60,903 bases of DNA from an uncultured Phycisphaerales bacterium (GCA_938084645.1 CALKEP010000007.1:1-60903); one strand, 5' to 3'; positions 41,095 to 51,059 are shown, counted from the first letter of the stretch. Notes: generated by a model not told the origin, from the letters alone. Translations and numbers: made by a program.

Positions 41095-41196
41095 TGGCGT
41101 GAAGGCGCGGGATTTGCCGATACGCTGCATCGGGATACGATTGCCTGCCGTTCGGCGGAGCCGGACTCGAGTTTTCCACCAGGAAGGTGCCACGAC

Positions 41197-42420
41197 ATGA
41201 CCGACCGACTCCGATGCCTGCGCTCGTTCACGGGCGTCCTCGCGACCCTGGCCCTCGCCGGCGGATGCGTCCCCGCCGATCCCTCGAAGCCATGGAGCAC
41301 CCGCGACCAGAGCACGACGGCCGAGGTCGTGGAGACCGAATACGAGATCGTCAGGCCGATCGTCATCGAACCCTCCGAGCCGGCCCCCGGGGACGACGAG
41401 CAGCCGCTGATCGGTGGTCGGTCGCAGGTCGTCGTCGAGACGACGGAAGTGGTGGTTCCCACCGGACCGATCGTCCTTCGAGGAACGACGCCGGCGGCGA
41501 GGGCCACGTCCTGGCTGCTCAATGCGGTGGTCGACCCCCAGCCGATCGTGCGTGCCACCGCGTTCGAAGCGCTCGAAGGCGATCCCGCCGCCCTCTACGA
41601 AGCGGCGCCGTTCGGGCTCATCGATGAGAACCGTGGCGTTCGATTCGTGGCCGCGATGTCGGTCGGTGACGTCGGTCTCGCCAGCCTGGCGCCGTTGATC
41701 TCGCCGCTGCTGTCGGATCCCTCCGACTCGGTCCGGGCCGCCGCGATCTACGCCATGAACAGGATCGGCGAAGGGGCCGATCCCTCGCCGCTCGCCGCGA
41801 TGGCCCGCAGCGACGATCCCGAAGTCCGTGCGAACGCCTACCTCGTGCTGGGCCTGATGGGGAATCCAAGCGCGATTCCGCTGATCGAGTCGACGCTTGG
41901 AAAGGGCATGCGACTGGTGAATCCGATGCGGGTGCGGCTCACGGAACTGCAGGCGGCCGAGGCGTTGGTGCTGCTGGGTGACCAGGACGACATCGAGCCG
42001 ATCCGGGCGGCCTTGTTCACGCCGGTCGAGCAGGGGGAGATCACGGTCCTCGCCTGCGACATGCTGGGGCGACTCGGTGACGAGCAGGCTCGGGCGATGC
42101 TCTTCCGGATGATCGCCGCGAGCGGCAACCAGACGCGTCCTCCGGAAATCCGGATGGCCGCGACGGCGTCGCTCTTCCGATTGGGGCCGCCACTTCCCGA
42201 AGATCTCGAGAACCTCATCCTCTCGCAGGTCGATGATCGAGATCCACGCCGTCGGGTGCAGGCGGCCGCGTGTCTCGCGGTCGTACCGGGGCAGAAGGCG
42301 TTGGCGGCGCTCGAGGGGCTTCTCGCGGACGGTGAGCCGATGGTGCGAACCGCTGCGGCGGGGGCGATTCTGAGCCGCTCGGACAGCCGGCAGGCCGCGG
42401 CCGCGGCGGTCTCGAATTGA
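41197..42420 (+). CDS. HEAT-repeat lipoprotein
   Basis: Lipobox LAGG-C; repeats DPQPIVRATA, DENRGVRFVA, DPSDSVRAAA, DDPEVRANA, DRDPRRRVQA, DGEPMVRTAA. Confidence 0.88.
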   Translation: MTDRLRCLRSFTGVLATLALAGGCVPADPSKPWSTRDQSTTAEVVETEYEIVRPIVIEPSEPAPGDDEQPLIGGRSQVVVETTEVVVPTGPIVLRGTTPAARATSWLLNAVVDPQPIVRATAFEALEGDPAALYEAAPFGLIDENRGVRFVAAMSVGDVGLASLAPLISPLLSDPSDSVRAAAIYAMNRIGEGADPSPLAAMARSDDPEVRANAYLVLGLMGNPSAIPLIESTLGKGMRLVNPMRVRLTELQAAEALVLLGDQDDIEPIRAALFTPVEQGEITVLACDMLGRLGDEQARAMLFRMIAASGNQTRPPEIRMAATASLFRLGPPLPEDLENLILSQVDDRDPRRRVQAAACLAVVPGQKALAALEGLLADGEPMVRTAAAGAILSRSDSRQAAAAAVSN

Positions 42421-42755
42421 CACTGGCGACCGTGAGGGGTACAAGAAACCGCGTCAGGAAGGCGTGCGTAGGGATTTTCATCCCTCCGACCGCTTGAATG
42501 CTTCCGCGGGTTGTGGGAGCATTCCGAACTTCGGTCGCGAAGCCCCTGCGGGTGGACCGGCCGGGACGACCCCTCGCTTCGGTCTCCGGGCCGGATCGCG
42601 GAGTTCAGGATGAACGCTCGGCGGAATTCTCCGTCGAAGACAGGTTGCCAGGCCCGGCCTCGAAGGATTCGACTCCGGCCCATTCGAACGCTTGACAGAC
42701 TCGATCGGCTCGACGCGCGTCCGATCAGATTCGACCGACCAGAAAGGACTTCCCC

Positions 42756-43649
42756 TTGCATCTTCTTACCAAGCTCTTCATCGTCCTCGTCTCCCTGCTC
42801 GCGGTGATGATCACGCCGCTGGTCGCGGTGAACGCGGTGAACGAGGCCTCGTTCAAGTCGAAGTGGATGGCTTCGAACCAAGGCAAGAATGCGGCGCTCG
42901 AGAACCTCGACGCCGAGCAGAAGGTGCGAATGGCCGAAGCGGCCGCCGCCTCGGTCCAGGTGAAGGAGCTCGAGCTTCGCATCGCCGAACTCCAGCGAAA
43001 CTCCGACGGCAAGAACGCGGAGGTCTCCCGCCTGCAGGGCGAGCTGACCATCGCGCGTTCCGGCCAGGAGGAGATCAACGCCCGCATCGGCATGATGGCC
43101 GAGACCCAGCAGGCCCAGCAGAAGCTCGGTGAGACCCTCGTGGTCGAGCTCCGATCGCTTCGCACCCGAGCCGTCGACGCCGAACGCCAGTCGGTCGATC
43201 TGGAGGAAGAGCTCGGAATCATCAAGTCCCAGCTCGAGGTCGCCGAAGCGGCCCGTCGTGCGCTGCAGGAGGAAGTCCAGCAGCTCAACGACGAGCGTGA
43301 CCAGGCCGTCGACAAGATCGCCCGCTACGTCGCCTACATCGGTGAACTGCCCTCCGCTCGCGCCGGTGCCGCGGCGGGAACCCTTCCCGCCGACCGGAAC
43401 CTCTCCGCGACCGTCATCAGCGTCCGCCGTTCCGAGGGATCCACCCTCGCCGAAATCAACGCGGGCAGCCGCGACGGCGTTCAGGAAGGCTGGGTCCTCA
43501 CCGTGGCCGACGGCAGCAAGTTCATCGGCAACCTTCGCATCATCGAAGTCGACGTCAACCGGTCGACCGGCGTGATCGAACTCGAGGACGCCAACAACCG
43601 CGGCTCGGTTCGCTCCGGCCAGCGAGCGATCGCCCGCAAGGGTCAGTGA
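42756..43649 (+). CDS. Membrane-anchored coiled-coil protein with C-terminal beta domain (TTG start)
   Basis: N-terminal TM (LFIVLVSLLAVMITPLVAV); about 160 aa of heptad-rich E/Q/L sequence; C-terminal EINAGSRDGV...FIGNLRIIEVD. Confidence 0.8.
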   Translation: MHLLTKLFIVLVSLLAVMITPLVAVNAVNEASFKSKWMASNQGKNAALENLDAEQKVRMAEAAAASVQVKELELRIAELQRNSDGKNAEVSRLQGELTIARSGQEEINARIGMMAETQQAQQKLGETLVVELRSLRTRAVDAERQSVDLEEELGIIKSQLEVAEAARRALQEEVQQLNDERDQAVDKIARYVAYIGELPSARAGAAAGTLPADRNLSATVISVRRSEGSTLAEINAGSRDGVQEGWVLTVADGSKFIGNLRIIEVDVNRSTGVIELEDANNRGSVRSGQRAIARKGQ

Positions 43650-43724
43650 TCCCGTCACCGACCGCTTCGACCGACCTGAAACCGCCACCGGCGGCCTGAC
43701 CGCCTGTTTCCAGAGGATTCACCC

Positions 43725-43937
43725 ATGAGTTCGATGACTGCTCCCGTTCGACGCTCCGGAGGCGACCTCGACGTCTACACCGGCCTTCTCTTCGCGGCCT
43801 TTCTGGTGCTGCTCGCCGGACTGCTCTCGGTGGCCTCCGCGAACATCGGCCAGGCCGAAGCGTCCGCCGATCGGTCCGCGTCGTTCCAGACCGAAAACGT
43901 CTTTCTCGGCGTTCCCGGCTTCGACGTGGTGAAGTGA
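43725..43937 (+). CDS. Small single-TM hypothetical protein
   Basis: AGAGGA upstream of ATG; LDVYTGLLFAAFLVLLAGLL TM segment; same strand as the cluster. Confidence 0.7.
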   Translation: MSSMTAPVRRSGGDLDVYTGLLFAAFLVLLAGLLSVASANIGQAEASADRSASFQTENVFLGVPGFDVVK

Positions 43938-44147
43938 ACCCCGGACCGCGAGGGGGCCCCTCGTCGCCATCCGGCATCGCAGCGACCCATCCCGCGGGCG
44001 ATCCTCCATGAGGGTCGCCCGCGGTCGTTTTCGGCGGGCTTGCGTCGGGTCGGATATTCTCGCGGGCAGTCTCCGTCGGCCGATCTGAAGGAACGGGTGT
44101 TTCGGTCGCCGACTCGCCCCTTCGAGCACTCCCGGACATCTCTCCTC

Positions 44148-45200
44148 ATGTTCTTCGATTCCATTCTCGGTTGGTTCAGCGTCGACATGGGCATCGACCT
44201 CGGCACCTGCAACACCCTGGTGTGCGTGCGTGGCGAGGGGATCGTCCTGAACGAGCCGTCGGTGGTGGCGGTTCGCAAGGGGACCAACCGGGTCATCAAC
44301 AGCGGCACCGCGGTCGGTTGGGCGGCGAAGGACATGCTCGGCAAGACGCCCGGTTCGATCTCCGCGGTTCGGCCGTTGAAGGACGGCGTCATCAGCGACT
44401 TCGAGATCACCGAGGCGATGTTGAGCTACTTCATCCGCAAGGTGAACGGGCGAAGCCGGATCTTCGGGCCCCGCGTGGTCATCGCCATCCCCTCCGGCAT
44501 CACCGCGGTCGAGAAGCGGGCGGTGCTCGACTCAGCGGAGCGGGCAGGGGCCAGAAAGGTCTACCTGGTCGAGGAGCCGATGGCCGCGGGAATCGGCGCC
44601 GGACTTCCGATCGCCGAGCCCACTGCGAGCATGATCGTCGACATCGGCGGCGGAACGACCGAGGTCGCCATCATGTCGCTCGCCGACATCGCCAGCTGCG
44701 AGTCGGTCCGGGTGGCCGGTGACGACTTCGACGAGTCGATCATCAATCACATGAAGAAGAGCTACGGCCTCACGATCGGCGAACAGACCGCGGAGCGGAT
44801 CAAGATCGAGATCGGGTCCGCGGCGCCGGTCGGCGAGACCATGAACATGGAGGTCCGAGGCCGCGACATGGTCACCGGGCTTCCGCGAAAGACGGTGGTC
44901 ACCAGCGACGAGATCCGAGAGGCGCTGACCGAGCCGGTCAATCAGATCGTCGAAGCGGTCATCCGGACGTTGGAGCATGCGGAGCCGGAACTCTCCGCGG
45001 ATCTCGTCGACAACGGAATCATGCTCGCCGGTGGTGGAGCGCTGCTCCGCGGCATGGACGTGGTGATCTCCAACGCGACCGGGCTCGACGTCGAGGTCGC
45101 GGAGGATCCGCTCACCTGCGTGGCGCGTGGCACGAGCATCTATCTCGAGAGCCTCGAGGACTGGAAGGCGACGCTCGAGTCCGACCTCGACGAAGTCTGA
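44148..45200 (+). CDS. mreB: Rod shape-determining actin-like ATPase MreB
   Basis: GIDLGTCNT, EPSVVA, RPLKDGVI, EEPMAA, VDIGGGTTEVA, TAERIK, GGGALL, EDPLTCVARG. Confidence 0.98.
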   Translation: MFFDSILGWFSVDMGIDLGTCNTLVCVRGEGIVLNEPSVVAVRKGTNRVINSGTAVGWAAKDMLGKTPGSISAVRPLKDGVISDFEITEAMLSYFIRKVNGRSRIFGPRVVIAIPSGITAVEKRAVLDSAERAGARKVYLVEEPMAAGIGAGLPIAEPTASMIVDIGGGTTEVAIMSLADIASCESVRVAGDDFDESIINHMKKSYGLTIGEQTAERIKIEIGSAAPVGETMNMEVRGRDMVTGLPRKTVVTSDEIREALTEPVNQIVEAVIRTLEHAEPELSADLVDNGIMLAGGGALLRGMDVVISNATGLDVEVAEDPLTCVARGTSIYLESLEDWKATLESDLDEV

Positions 45201-45222
45201 CCCGCCGGACGGGAGGCGAGCG

Positions 45223-46086
45223 ATCGGCCGCACACGTCAAGCCCCACTCAGTCCGTTCTCGCTGGCCCTGCTGGTGGTGCTGTTGCTGTCGCTGCTGCCC
45301 ACCGGCTGGCTCGTCCCGTGGACCAATCGGCTCGCCGAGATCGTTCGTCTGCCGCTGGTGCCGCTCGGGGACATCGCGACGTCGGCACGGGTCTGGCTGA
45401 CGGTCGACGACTCGCTGGTCGCCACGCGGGACGAATTCGACCTCCTCGAACGGGAACGCAACGAGTATCGCCGCCTCTATCACGCGTCGGCCGAACGGGT
45501 GCGCGAACTCGAAGGGCTCGTGGGCAGCCTGCGTGGCCTGCCGCCGGTGGATGCGGTGGGCGAATACGTCGCCATCGAGGTGGACGTGATCGGATCGGAT
45601 CCGAGTGCGCCTCGTGGGCCGCTTCAGGTGAACGCGGGAACCCGGCGGGGGCTTCGGGCCGGTGGCGTCGCGATTCACCGGGGTGACGTTCTGGTCGGCC
45701 GGGTGATGCGCGAGGTCGGGCCCACCACCGCGTGGATCCAGCCCGCCCTCGCGACCGGTCTGATCGACGCCCGGGTGACACCGGCCCTCCTGGCGGAGGC
45801 GAACGGCCGCGATGGTGTGGCGGTGCAGCTCGAGCCGGTTGACGGGGGTTGGCGAACGACCGTCGATCGATCCGTCGCGGTGGCCCCGGGAATGGTCGTT
45901 CGTCTGCACGACGTGAGCTGGTCGCGATTCGCACAGGGGCTGGCCATCGGGCTCGTTCGCGAGGTCACACCGCTCGAATCGAATCCCACGCGGCTGGAGG
46001 TCCGGGTCCTCCCGGTGGAGGATCCCCGGCGGCTCGATCGATTCCTCGTGGTGAGTCAGGCCGATGCGGCGGGGGAGGCCCCATGA
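45223..46086 (+). CDS. mreC: MreC-like protein (start uncertain, possibly ATC at 45223)
   Basis: Lies between mreB and mreD; TM segment, coiled coil (ERERNEYRRLY), VNAGTRRGL...LVGRV, GLAIGLV. Confidence 0.75.
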   Translation: MGRTRQAPLSPFSLALLVVLLLSLLPTGWLVPWTNRLAEIVRLPLVPLGDIATSARVWLTVDDSLVATRDEFDLLERERNEYRRLYHASAERVRELEGLVGSLRGLPPVDAVGEYVAIEVDVIGSDPSAPRGPLQVNAGTRRGLRAGGVAIHRGDVLVGRVMREVGPTTAWIQPALATGLIDARVTPALLAEANGRDGVAVQLEPVDGGWRTTVDRSVAVAPGMVVRLHDVSWSRFAQGLAIGLVREVTPLESNPTRLEVRVLPVEDPRRLDRFLVVSQADAAGEAP

Positions 46087-46640
46087 GGCTCGGCGTCTTC
46101 GTGGTCGCGCTCGCGATCTGCCTGGTGCTCGATTCGAGCTTTCTCGCGGCGCTGTCGATCGGCGGCGTGCATCCGATCGCCACCGCGGTGCTGATGGTCT
46201 ACGTCGGCCTCTTCGCCCCTCGGCGGATGGTGTTGTGGACGGCGCTCGCCACCGGGATCCTGCTCGATCTGGCGACCCCGGCGGCCTACCGAGGCGACCA
46301 GCCATTCTTCCTGATCGGCCCCTACACGCTCGGATGCGTGTTCGGTGCGAACCTGCTGCTTCCGATCCGGACCATGGTCTTTCGTCGGAATCCGATCGCC
46401 GTGGGCCTGCTTGCGATCCCGTACCTGCTCGCGGTGGACGTGGTCTTCATGGCGATGTGGACGGTGCGAGGGCTCTACAGCGAGACCGCGGTGCCCTGGG
46501 AGGATGCTTCGGCGGCGGCGGAGCTCGGTCGACGCCTCGGCGAGGCGATCTACACCGGAGGCTTCGGAATCCCCTTCGCCTGGCTGCTGCTGATGACCTG
46601 GTCGACCTGGCGATTCGAGGTCGGTTCGGTCCGGAGATGA
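46083..46640 (+). CDS. mreD: MreD-like membrane protein
   Basis: ATGA overlap with mreC; about 5 TM segments; GILLDL motif; synteny. Confidence 0.8.
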   Translation: MRLGVFVVALAICLVLDSSFLAALSIGGVHPIATAVLMVYVGLFAPRRMVLWTALATGILLDLATPAAYRGDQPFFLIGPYTLGCVFGANLLLPIRTMVFRRNPIAVGLLAIPYLLAVDVVFMAMWTVRGLYSETAVPWEDASAAAELGRRLGEAIYTGGFGIPFAWLLLMTWSTWRFEVGSVRR

Positions 46641-46677
46641 AGGCTCGCCCGTGGGGCGGAGCGGGTATCTTCGCGGC

Positions 46678-47961
46678 ATGAACGGCACGAACGGCGGCAT
46701 CAACGGCATTCGCGGCATGAGCGGAACGGAAGGCCTGACGGGTGTGATCCTGCTCGACGACGGGCAAGGGCACTTCGGTCCGCTCACCGACCTTCGATCC
46801 ACGGCGGATCTTCGGAGCGGGATGCTGACCACCGGCGCTCGCCTGCTCCATGACGCGGGTCTCCCGCTCGCCGCGATTCGCGTTCCCGACGCGGTCGCCG
46901 GGATCGTCGCCGCTGACCATCCCGGGGTTCCCGTCAATCGCCCGCCGGCGGGCGAGGGCGGTTTCCTCGTCCTCAACACCCGCATGCTGGACGGCTGCCG
47001 TGGTCCGCTGCCTGGCGCTCGCACCGCGGCGCTGGATGCCGATGGTGCGGTCCGGATGGCGGTGGTCGATCACGCCGACGTGTCGGTCCTCCTCGAGACC
47101 GGTGGCCTTCCCGAAGCGGTCGCGGCCTCGGTGACGGACGGGCCTGCGCTCGCGGCGGCGGCGTGGGACGTCTTCACCACCGCAGGCGAACGGATCGCGG
47201 ACGATCTGGACCGGTTGGGCGCGGCGTGGGGATCTTCACCCGATTCGATCACCACCGGCCCGGTCGTGCTTGGAGAGCATCCGGTGCGGATCGCGAGCAC
47301 GGCGAGTTTCGATCCCGGCGTGGTGCTCGATGCCCGCGCCGGCGCGATCGCGATCGGGCCGAACGTCCATGTCGGAATCAATGCCGCGATCCACGGGCCC
47401 TGCGCGGTGCTCGACGCGACGCGGGTGGCCGATCACGCGATGCTCAAGGCGAACACGGTCATCGGCCCGCACTGTCGGGTCGGTGGGGAGATCGGCGGCA
47501 CGGTCTTCCAGGGGTTCGCCAACAAGAGTCATCACGGTCACCTCGGTGACAGCTGGGTCGGTGCCTGGGCGAACCTCGGCGCGGGCACGGTGAATTCCAA
47601 CCTGCTCAACACCTATGGCGACGTCGCGATGCGGTTGTCGCCGGACGGCCCTCGGCTTCGGTCGGGCCGTCAGTTCCTCGGTTGCGTGATCGGTGATCAT
47701 GCGAAGACGGCGATCGGCACCCGGATCATGACCGGAACGTCGATCGGCACCGGGGCCATGATCGCCACCAGCACGCCACCGCCCGCGACGGTCCCGGCGT
47801 TCGCCTGGGCGACGGACGCGGGAACACGCGTCTATCGGTTCGAGAAGTTTCTCGACGTGGCCCGGACCGTGATGGCCCGCCGTGATCTCGAACCGGACGG
47901 CGCCATGGAGGCCCGGCTTCGCGGCCTTCATCCGGAGGCCGGTCGCGAGGCGGGATCGTGA
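46678..47961 (+). CDS. GlmU-like putative sugar nucleotidyltransferase with hexapeptide (LbH) domain
   Basis: FGPLTDLRSTADLRSG; VLDARAGAIAIG, GGEI, NKSHHGHLGDSWVGAWANLGAGT, GDHAKTAIGT; alternative start 46717. Confidence 0.85.
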   Translation: MNGTNGGINGIRGMSGTEGLTGVILLDDGQGHFGPLTDLRSTADLRSGMLTTGARLLHDAGLPLAAIRVPDAVAGIVAADHPGVPVNRPPAGEGGFLVLNTRMLDGCRGPLPGARTAALDADGAVRMAVVDHADVSVLLETGGLPEAVAASVTDGPALAAAAWDVFTTAGERIADDLDRLGAAWGSSPDSITTGPVVLGEHPVRIASTASFDPGVVLDARAGAIAIGPNVHVGINAAIHGPCAVLDATRVADHAMLKANTVIGPHCRVGGEIGGTVFQGFANKSHHGHLGDSWVGAWANLGAGTVNSNLLNTYGDVAMRLSPDGPRLRSGRQFLGCVIGDHAKTAIGTRIMTGTSIGTGAMIATSTPPPATVPAFAWATDAGTRVYRFEKFLDVARTVMARRDLEPDGAMEARLRGLHPEAGREAGS

Positions 47962-50891
47962 GCGACGCCGACGGCGAGGTCCTCTATCTGATCGACGGGT
48001 ATGCGCAGTTCTTCCGCGCCTATCACGCGATCCGGACCGAGATGCACAGTCCGGTGACCAGCGAGCCGACGCACATGACGTTCGGCTTCACGGACATGCT
48101 TCTGAAGATCCTCCGGAACCACCGCCCGAGCCATCTCGCGGTGGTGCTCGACGTCTCCGGCGACCGGGGGACGTTTCGATCGCAGATGTTCCCCGAGTAC
48201 AAGGCGAACCGGGACGCGCCGCCGTCGGACCTGAAGCCCCAGGTGGACCGCTGTCTCGAGGTGCTCGAGCAACTCGGGGTCCCCGCCTTCGGGCTGGAGG
48301 GCGTCGAGGCGGACGATGTGATCGCGACCCTCGTTCGTCGGCTCCGACGGGACCGTCCCGAGCTCGAGATCCGGATCATCTCCAAGGACAAGGACCTGCA
48401 GCAGCTGCTCGACGAGCGGACCTCGCTGTTCGACGTCCACAAGGATGAAGTGACCGGCGTCACCGAACTGGAGGCTCGGACCGCGGATCCGAAGCGAGGC
48501 CTCGACGGCATCGCGCCGGCGCAGGTCGTCGACATGCTGACCCTGATGGGCGACACCGCCGACAACGTCCCCGGGGTGGACGGCATCGGCCCGAAGACGG
48601 CCGCGGGCCTCGTCTCCGAGTTCGGTTCGATCGAAGGCATCTACGCCTGCATCGACGAAGAGCACGAGCTCAAGGATGCGCGTCGGCGGATCAAGGGCAA
48701 GCGTCGCGAGAATCTCGTCGCGGCCCGGGACCGGATCCCGCTCGGCCGCGCATTGATCACGTTGAAGGAGGACTGCGACGTCGACTTCGAACTCGACGAT
48801 GCCGCGGTCCGACTCGATCAGGTGGACGCCGAGGTGGTCGACGAGACCATGCGGGTGCTCGGTTTCACGCGACATCGAACCGGTTTCCGCGCCGTGCTCG
48901 GTGGCGAGGGCGACGTCGGTGCCGGATCGCCGGCCGCGGACGTCGCCGAGACTTCGGCCGCCGCCCCCGACGCGGCCTCCGATGCGGCCGGCACGCTCTT
49001 CGCCTTCGGTGACGGTGACGTCTCGGTCGCCATGACGCCGTCCCTGACCCCCGTCGACGGGGACTACGAGATCGTTTCGACGCTCGACGCCCTGGAGGCG
49101 GTCGTGGAGCGAGCCCGTGCGGCCGGGGTGGTGGCGATCGACACGGAGACGGATTCCCTCGGGCCACGCACCGCGAGACTGGCCGGCATCTCGATCGCCG
49201 TCGAGGAAGGGGCGGGCGTCTACGTGCCGCTTCGGTCGCCGTCACCGGAGACCCATCTCGATCTCGAGACCGCCCGGCCCGTGCTCGAGCGGCTGCTCGG
49301 CGATCCGGCGATCGGCAAGATCGGGCACAACCTGAAATTCGATCTGGTGGTGCTTCGAGCGCACGGATTCGAGGTCCGCGGAATCGTGGGCGATTCGATG
49401 GTGGCGTCGTACATCGACGACGCCACCCGCGCGACCCACAAGCTCGATGCCCTGTCGGAATCGGAGCTGGGTCGCCGGTGCGTGCCGATCGAGGCGTTGA
49501 TCGGGAAGGGCAAGACCCAGCGGACCTTCAGCGAGGTCCCGCTCGAGGAGGCGGCGCCGTACGCGGGCGAGGACGCGGACGTCTCACTCCGGCTCGAGCG
49601 TCGTTTTCGACGGCGGCTCGTCGATTCGGGCCTCGAAGCGTTGTACGAGGGCACGGAGGTTCCCCTCGTCGAGGTTCTCGCCGGATTGGAGTACGAGGGG
49701 ATTCGAGTCGAGCCTGAGGTGCTCGACGAACAACGGGAAGGCCTGCAGACCCGGATCGAATCGCTGCGGGCGTCGATCGTCGACGCGGCGCCGCATGCGT
49801 TCAGTCCGGACTCGCCCAAACAGCTCGCGGCGGCGTTGTTCAACGCGCCGGACGATGATCCGCCGGGGCTCGGCATCAAGCCGCTCAAGAAGGGCAAGAC
49901 GGGGCCGAGCACCGACGCGGAGGTGATGGAGAAGCTGTCGGAGGATCCCGCCGTCTCCTCGCCGATCCCCGGGTTGATCCTCGAGTACCGACAGCTCACG
50001 AAACTGGTCAACACCTATCTCGTCGCGCTCAAGGAGGCCATCCGGCCCGAGACCGGGCGCATCCACGCGTCCTTCAACCAGACCGTCACGGCGACCGGCC
50101 GGCTGTCCTCCAGCGATCCCAATCTCCAGAACATTCCGATTCGGACCGAGGTCGGGCGACGGATCCGGCGCGCCTTCGTGGCGGCGCCGGGTCACGTGCT
50201 GCTTGCCGCGGACTACTCGCAGGTCGAGCTTCGCATGCTGGCCCATCTCTCCGGGGACGAGAACCTGCAGGCGGCGTTCCATCGCGGGGACGACATCCAC
50301 GCGGCGGTCGCCGCGGAGGTGGAGGGCGTGCCTCTGGACGAGGTGGACCAGGCCGCCCGTACCGCCGCGAAGATGGTCAACTTCGGCATCGTCTACGGTG
50401 TCACCGCGTACGGCCTCGCCCGGCGGTTGGGTGGCGACACCGACGTCGCGCGGGCCGACCAGATCATCCGCGACTACAAGGCCCGGTACCCGGCGATCGA
50501 GGCGTTCCTCGAGGCCTGCGTGGAGCAAGCGCGTCGGGAGGGCTCGGTCTCGACGATCCTCGGACGGCGGCGGTCGATTCCCCAGGTCCACGCTCGCAAC
50601 CCACAGGAGCGAGCCCAGGGCGAGCGGATGGCGATCAACACCGTGGTGCAGGGCAGTGCGGCGGATCTGATCAAGCGTGCCATGATCGACCTGCACCGAG
50701 TCCTTCCAGCGCGTTTCGCGACGTCCCGGATGATCCTCCAGATCCACGATGAACTCGTGTTCGAGGTGCCGGAAGGCGAGATCGAGGCCGTGGCCGAGCT
50801 CGTCCGGGAACGGATGGAGAACGCCATGGAACTCTCGGTTCCGTTGGTGGCCGAACCGTCCTGGGGAACCAGTTGGGCGGACACCAAATGA
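47958..50891 (+). CDS. polA: DNA polymerase I
   Basis: LIDG...FRAYHA, GDTADNVPGV; 3'-5' exonuclease DTET / HNLKFD / YAGEDAD; TGRLSSSDPNLQNIP, ADYSQVELR, KMVNFGIVYG, LQIHDEL. Confidence 0.98.
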   Translation: MSDADGEVLYLIDGYAQFFRAYHAIRTEMHSPVTSEPTHMTFGFTDMLLKILRNHRPSHLAVVLDVSGDRGTFRSQMFPEYKANRDAPPSDLKPQVDRCLEVLEQLGVPAFGLEGVEADDVIATLVRRLRRDRPELEIRIISKDKDLQQLLDERTSLFDVHKDEVTGVTELEARTADPKRGLDGIAPAQVVDMLTLMGDTADNVPGVDGIGPKTAAGLVSEFGSIEGIYACIDEEHELKDARRRIKGKRRENLVAARDRIPLGRALITLKEDCDVDFELDDAAVRLDQVDAEVVDETMRVLGFTRHRTGFRAVLGGEGDVGAGSPAADVAETSAAAPDAASDAAGTLFAFGDGDVSVAMTPSLTPVDGDYEIVSTLDALEAVVERARAAGVVAIDTETDSLGPRTARLAGISIAVEEGAGVYVPLRSPSPETHLDLETARPVLERLLGDPAIGKIGHNLKFDLVVLRAHGFEVRGIVGDSMVASYIDDATRATHKLDALSESELGRRCVPIEALIGKGKTQRTFSEVPLEEAAPYAGEDADVSLRLERRFRRRLVDSGLEALYEGTEVPLVEVLAGLEYEGIRVEPEVLDEQREGLQTRIESLRASIVDAAPHAFSPDSPKQLAAALFNAPDDDPPGLGIKPLKKGKTGPSTDAEVMEKLSEDPAVSSPIPGLILEYRQLTKLVNTYLVALKEAIRPETGRIHASFNQTVTATGRLSSSDPNLQNIPIRTEVGRRIRRAFVAAPGHVLLAADYSQVELRMLAHLSGDENLQAAFHRGDDIHAAVAAEVEGVPLDEVDQAARTAAKMVNFGIVYGVTAYGLARRLGGDTDVARADQIIRDYKARYPAIEAFLEACVEQARREGSVSTILGRRRSIPQVHARNPQERAQGERMAINTVVQGSAADLIKRAMIDLHRVLPARFATSRMILQIHDELVFEVPEGEIEAVAELVRERMENAMELSVPLVAEPSWGTSWADTK

Positions 50892-50918
50892 GCCTCCGGG
50901 CGGGATCACCCGGTCGAC

Positions 50919-50946
50919 TTGACGAGCGGCCGTGGGACGCTAGTCT
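50919..50946 (+). promoter_or_regulatory. Sigma70-like promoter of tRNA-Asp
   Basis: TTGACG-N16-TAGTCT ending about 40 nt upstream of the tRNA. Confidence 0.65.
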
Positions 50947-50985
50947 GTACCGTCTCGCCGGATCCCGGCGGGTGGACACAGAGCG

Positions 50986-51059
50986 GGGGCGGTAGCTCAA
51001 TTGGTTAGAGTACCGGCCTGTCACGCCGGTGGTTGCGGGTTCGAGTCCCGTCCGCCTCG
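50986..51059 (+). tRNA. tRNA-Asp (GTC)
   Basis: Acceptor stem GGGGCGG/CCGCCTC, anticodon arm CCGGC-CT-GTC-AC-GCCGG, T loop GTTCGAG; CCA not encoded. Confidence 0.97.

Noticed and set aside
39379..42444. Very long antisense ORFs (1021 aa here; also 16601..19180, 26489..28942, 21080..23191, 30551..32626)
   Set aside because: They are shadows of real genes on the opposite strand, caused by high-GC codon bias; they are Arg/Gly/His-rich with no motifs.
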